Assembly (NCBI GenBank): GCA_963706285.1
Contig: CAVPLU010000004.1
Coordinates: 288,001-352,000 of the forward strand
Source of the DNA: Candidatus Bathyarchaeota archaeon
GTDB taxonomy: Archaea; Thermoproteota; Bathyarchaeia; 40CM-2-53-6
DNA length: 64,000 bases
Direction: 5' to 3'
The notes under the pieces were generated by a model. It had not been told where the DNA came from. It searched no databases and saw only the letters and a program-made list of their open reading frames with translations. The number at the start of each line of letters is the position of its first letter. Within the stretch, counting starts at the first letter, position 1. This document shows positions 61,273-64,000 of this stretch, in pieces. A program made the position numbers and the translations under genes.

Positions 61273-61773
61273 AATTTGTTTTCTCGCTTAGCGTTCGAAC
61301 GACAAGACGAGGTCCCATTTTCATAATCTCATAATTCAAGATCGATAACGAACCGATCGTTATTCGGAATGTTTGTGACTCGTATGGATGTCCAAGTCAC
61401 GTCATGCAGATCCTAGTACTGTGCATGAATTAAGATCTGGACATGCAAGTTGACTAAGATGGCAATCCTCAGTCACGAGCCATTGCTTGAATGCTCAGAA
61501 CGTCATGCCTTGATCCAGACGAGACGTCGGAGCACTCTGTTGTGGCTACCATGTCGAGCGACGATTATCTTCTTAACGAGAAATATGACAAGTTGCAGAC
61601 AATTGTTCCTGAAAGGTAAGCATTGGGATGTCTATTTGTTCGCGTTTTCGAAAATCGGCAAGAAACCCTAGGGGCAGGCGGCTGTGCTGTCCATCCGGCT
61701 GCAATTGGCAAGTTTGCAAAGACTTTTATGGGGACATAATGAGGTAGACTGAAAACGTATTGAAGGGAGGCGC

Positions 61774-61926
61774 ATGCTGATGGTGGAAATGTTCTGTGTC
61801 AAGTGTAAAGAGAAGAAGACAGTTGCCGACAATACTGTGACAAAAGAGAAGACCGCAAAAGGTCGCAACATGATTCGTTCTATCTGTCCAACTTGTGGAA
61901 CCAAGATGGTCAAGTTCGTGAAGTAG
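61774..61926 (+). CDS. DUF5679-like small Zn-ribbon protein
   Basis: Read directly from sequence: MLMVEMFCVKCKEKK...KGRNMIRSICPTCGTKMVKFVK. Confidence 0.85.
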   Translation: MLMVEMFCVKCKEKKTVADNTVTKEKTAKGRNMIRSICPTCGTKMVKFVK

Positions 61927-62053
61927 CTTCCGACTGTCTGAATCTAGCAGGGCACTGGCTGAACGAATTGACCGGCTATGTGCCTGCTTCTACCCATTTC
62001 TAGCTCTCACGGGATTCCATTGAGGCCACCGTTGAAGCAAAGGGTTCAAATCG

Positions 62054-62923
62054 TTGGCTCGAACAACCGAGCAAGATTCATCGGAACTGATCATCAGGCA
62101 TGAGAAGCTCGATCTTCGAATCTATCTGTCATCACTGAGCAAGTTGCTACTGCATGAGGAAACTATTCCCGAAAGAGTTGCTGAGCTAAAACGAGAATTC
62201 TTCCATGATCAAATAGTGAAGGTTCCCATCGTTGTCGACTCCAACACATCTGTTGTTCTTGATGGAATGCATCGTGTAGCGGCGCTGAGAGAACTCAATT
62301 GCGCTTGCGTACCAGTATGTGCGGTCGACTATCAGAATCCAGGTATCAGAGTAGGCGCCTGGTACAGGACGATGTCCGGCGAGTCGAGCCCTGATCAGGT
62401 CAAGTCCACGCTCTCGGCATCGCGTCTAATGCTTGATGCATTCTCGTTTGACAAGACGAGATTCATGGAGAATCCAATGCTCGCAATACTCTTCGCAAAT
62501 GGAGAGTGTTACAAGCTCATGAGCAGTAGTTCACAGACTTTTGACACTCTTAGGATTGCAGAGCAGTGTATTCGAGATCTTGGTTTTGTTATCAAGTTCG
62601 AGACTGAACATGATGCGTTTCAGGCTCTCATCAACAAGGGAACAGGAGCAATAATGACTCTGCCTAAGATAGACAAGGCATCGATCCGGGAAGCAGGACT
62701 CACGGGGCGACTGCTACCTCACAAAGTGACCAGGCATATCATACCCGCTCGACCACTAGGGGTGAACGTACCTCTCAAGACGCTCACAGACCAAACCGTG
62801 AAAATCGAAGAGACAAACCGAAGATTTGTTGCTGATTTGGAGACGAGAACAATAACACGTGAACCTTCCGGAGCGATTATCGAAGGCAGACGCTACGACG
62901 AAGAGACGTTTATCTTCAACTAG
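62054..62923 (+). CDS. ParB/Srx-domain protein (SbnI/SerK-like)
   Basis: LLHEET, PIVVD, VLDGMHR..AL and C-terminal P.KVTRH motifs. Confidence 0.75.
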   Translation: MARTTEQDSSELIIRHEKLDLRIYLSSLSKLLLHEETIPERVAELKREFFHDQIVKVPIVVDSNTSVVLDGMHRVAALRELNCACVPVCAVDYQNPGIRVGAWYRTMSGESSPDQVKSTLSASRLMLDAFSFDKTRFMENPMLAILFANGECYKLMSSSSQTFDTLRIAEQCIRDLGFVIKFETEHDAFQALINKGTGAIMTLPKIDKASIREAGLTGRLLPHKVTRHIIPARPLGVNVPLKTLTDQTVKIEETNRRFVADLETRTITREPSGAIIEGRRYDEETFIFN

Positions 62924-62949
62924 CGGGACTGGCACGAGAAGACCTGACG

Positions 62950-63240
62950 TTGCGAATTCGAGTAAAATTCTACGGAGTCCTGAAGACGGCCGCGAACACG
63001 GAAACACTCGAGCTTGCTTTCGACGGCACCGTCTCTGTCCGACAACTCGTGAGCAGGCTAGTGAATGTGATTGCTCGCCCCGAGTTTGAGTCGTATCTTA
63101 TCGATGCGGACACCAAGGATCCTAGACCGAATGCATTGATTCTGGTATCAGGGACAGAGATTGGAGCGCTGAACGGAACTGACACGATGCTGAGAGACGA
63201 AGACGAAGTCGTGTTCCTTCCTGTCGCACATGGCGGTTGA
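62950..63240 (+). CDS. MoaD/SAMP ubiquitin-like protein
   Basis: VKFYG.L N-terminus and FLPVAHGG di-Gly C-terminus. Confidence 0.92.
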   Translation: MRIRVKFYGVLKTAANTETLELAFDGTVSVRQLVSRLVNVIARPEFESYLIDADTKDPRPNALILVSGTEIGALNGTDTMLRDEDEVVFLPVAHGG

Positions 63241-63352
63241 ACTGCTTTGCTTCGGCATATCTTAAGTTCTGAATACTTACCAGAACCACATCTCACATAG
63301 TTTATATGAACCCCGATATCGCTAGCTTGAGTCTAATCGAGAGCTGAGGATA

Positions 63353-63547
63353 ATGCCCGCCGAGGTCAGCGATATCGAGGAATTTGTTCGGATTTCCGAA
63401 CGAGCAGAAGAGTGCAGAGTGAAACGTCGCGAAGATATAGTCAAGCTAAAACTTAGAACGCCACGCAAACTATACACGATAAAACTAGGTGCTGACCAGG
63501 CCGCAGATGTTCTGAAGCGGGTCAAGTGCGAAGTCATAGAAACATAG
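63353..63547 (+). CDS. rpl38e: 50S ribosomal protein L38e
   Basis: MP.E..D.EEF...ECRVK...VKLKLRT.RKLYT. Confidence 0.9.
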   Translation: MPAEVSDIEEFVRISERAEECRVKRREDIVKLKLRTPRKLYTIKLGADQAADVLKRVKCEVIET

Positions 63548-63592
63548 GCCGCTCTAGGTCGCTATCCGGTCGATTCCTCGGGTTGCGAATAG

Positions 63593-63889
63593 TCATATGG
63601 CATGCAGCTCGAGCGAGGTTTCTCTTTTGAAATAGGCGATATTGTCCATTCTTCTAACAAATCTTGTGCAGCGCCCACACTCGGAAGCCAGTATTGGCTG
63701 CTGATCCTCCGGACAAGTCAGTACTTCCACGCTGATAATTCGGTGTCGCGGCGACGTTGGCATTGCGCCATGTGTCTTCACGAAGTCCTCTACTGTAAGC
63801 TCGGGGGCTAATGGATCCTCCAAGTCAACAACAACATGAATTGACCGAATAGGAACACGAATGAAGCTACCCGAGTTCTCAGCGAGCAA
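63593..63889 (-). CDS. Hypothetical Cys-containing protein
   Basis: CPED...ECGRC.RFVRR; start uncertain. Confidence 0.6.
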   Translation of the reverse strand: MLAENSGSFIRVPIRSIHVVVDLEDPLAPELTVEDFVKTHGAMPTSPRHRIISVEVLTCPEDQQPILASECGRCTRFVRRMDNIAYFKRETSLELHAI

Positions 63890-64000
63890 TTGTTCTCTCT
63901 TCCCTACCTCGCCTTGAAAGAACCTCTACCCATGGGTTTCCTGCGAAGAACGTTGGTAGATCGTCTGGCGCGGTGACTGTGGGCAAAACTCGCACAGGAA

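Noticed and set aside
61275-61770. AT-richer intergenic region as a replication origin
   Set aside because: No ORB repeats and no adjacent cdc6/orc1.

Overview
Archaeal chromosome segment. The gene set (archaeal histone, SMC-ScpA-ScpB, eS8, eS17, eL38, SmAP3, thermosome, arcTGT, Zn-ferredoxin, presenilin) best fits a TACK lineage such as Bathyarchaeia (inference). About 1-25 kb is accessory metabolism and transport with a decayed patch at 5.5-7.3 kb. About 26-64 kb is mostly core translation, tRNA-modification, chromosome and proteostasis genes. The most notable signal is three multi-intron tRNA genes found by reading the sequence: tRNA-Asn(GTT) with four BHB introns, tRNA-Glu(CTC) with three and tRNA-Ile2(CAT) with two. 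Two of them have an intron at the acceptor/D-arm junction (8/9 and 9/10), where the BHB motif needs the acceptor stem to open. Both carry a second copy of the 5' acceptor strand in the leader, which can pair with the 3' end as a decoy. tRNA-Glu has no such intron and no such copy. Five genes are split by exactly +1 nt, probably assembly indels. Mobile remnants include an IS6 fragment, a Cas1-solo-like C-terminal fragment and an IS1/InsA-like Zn ribbon. All assignments come from motif recognition; no database searches were run.
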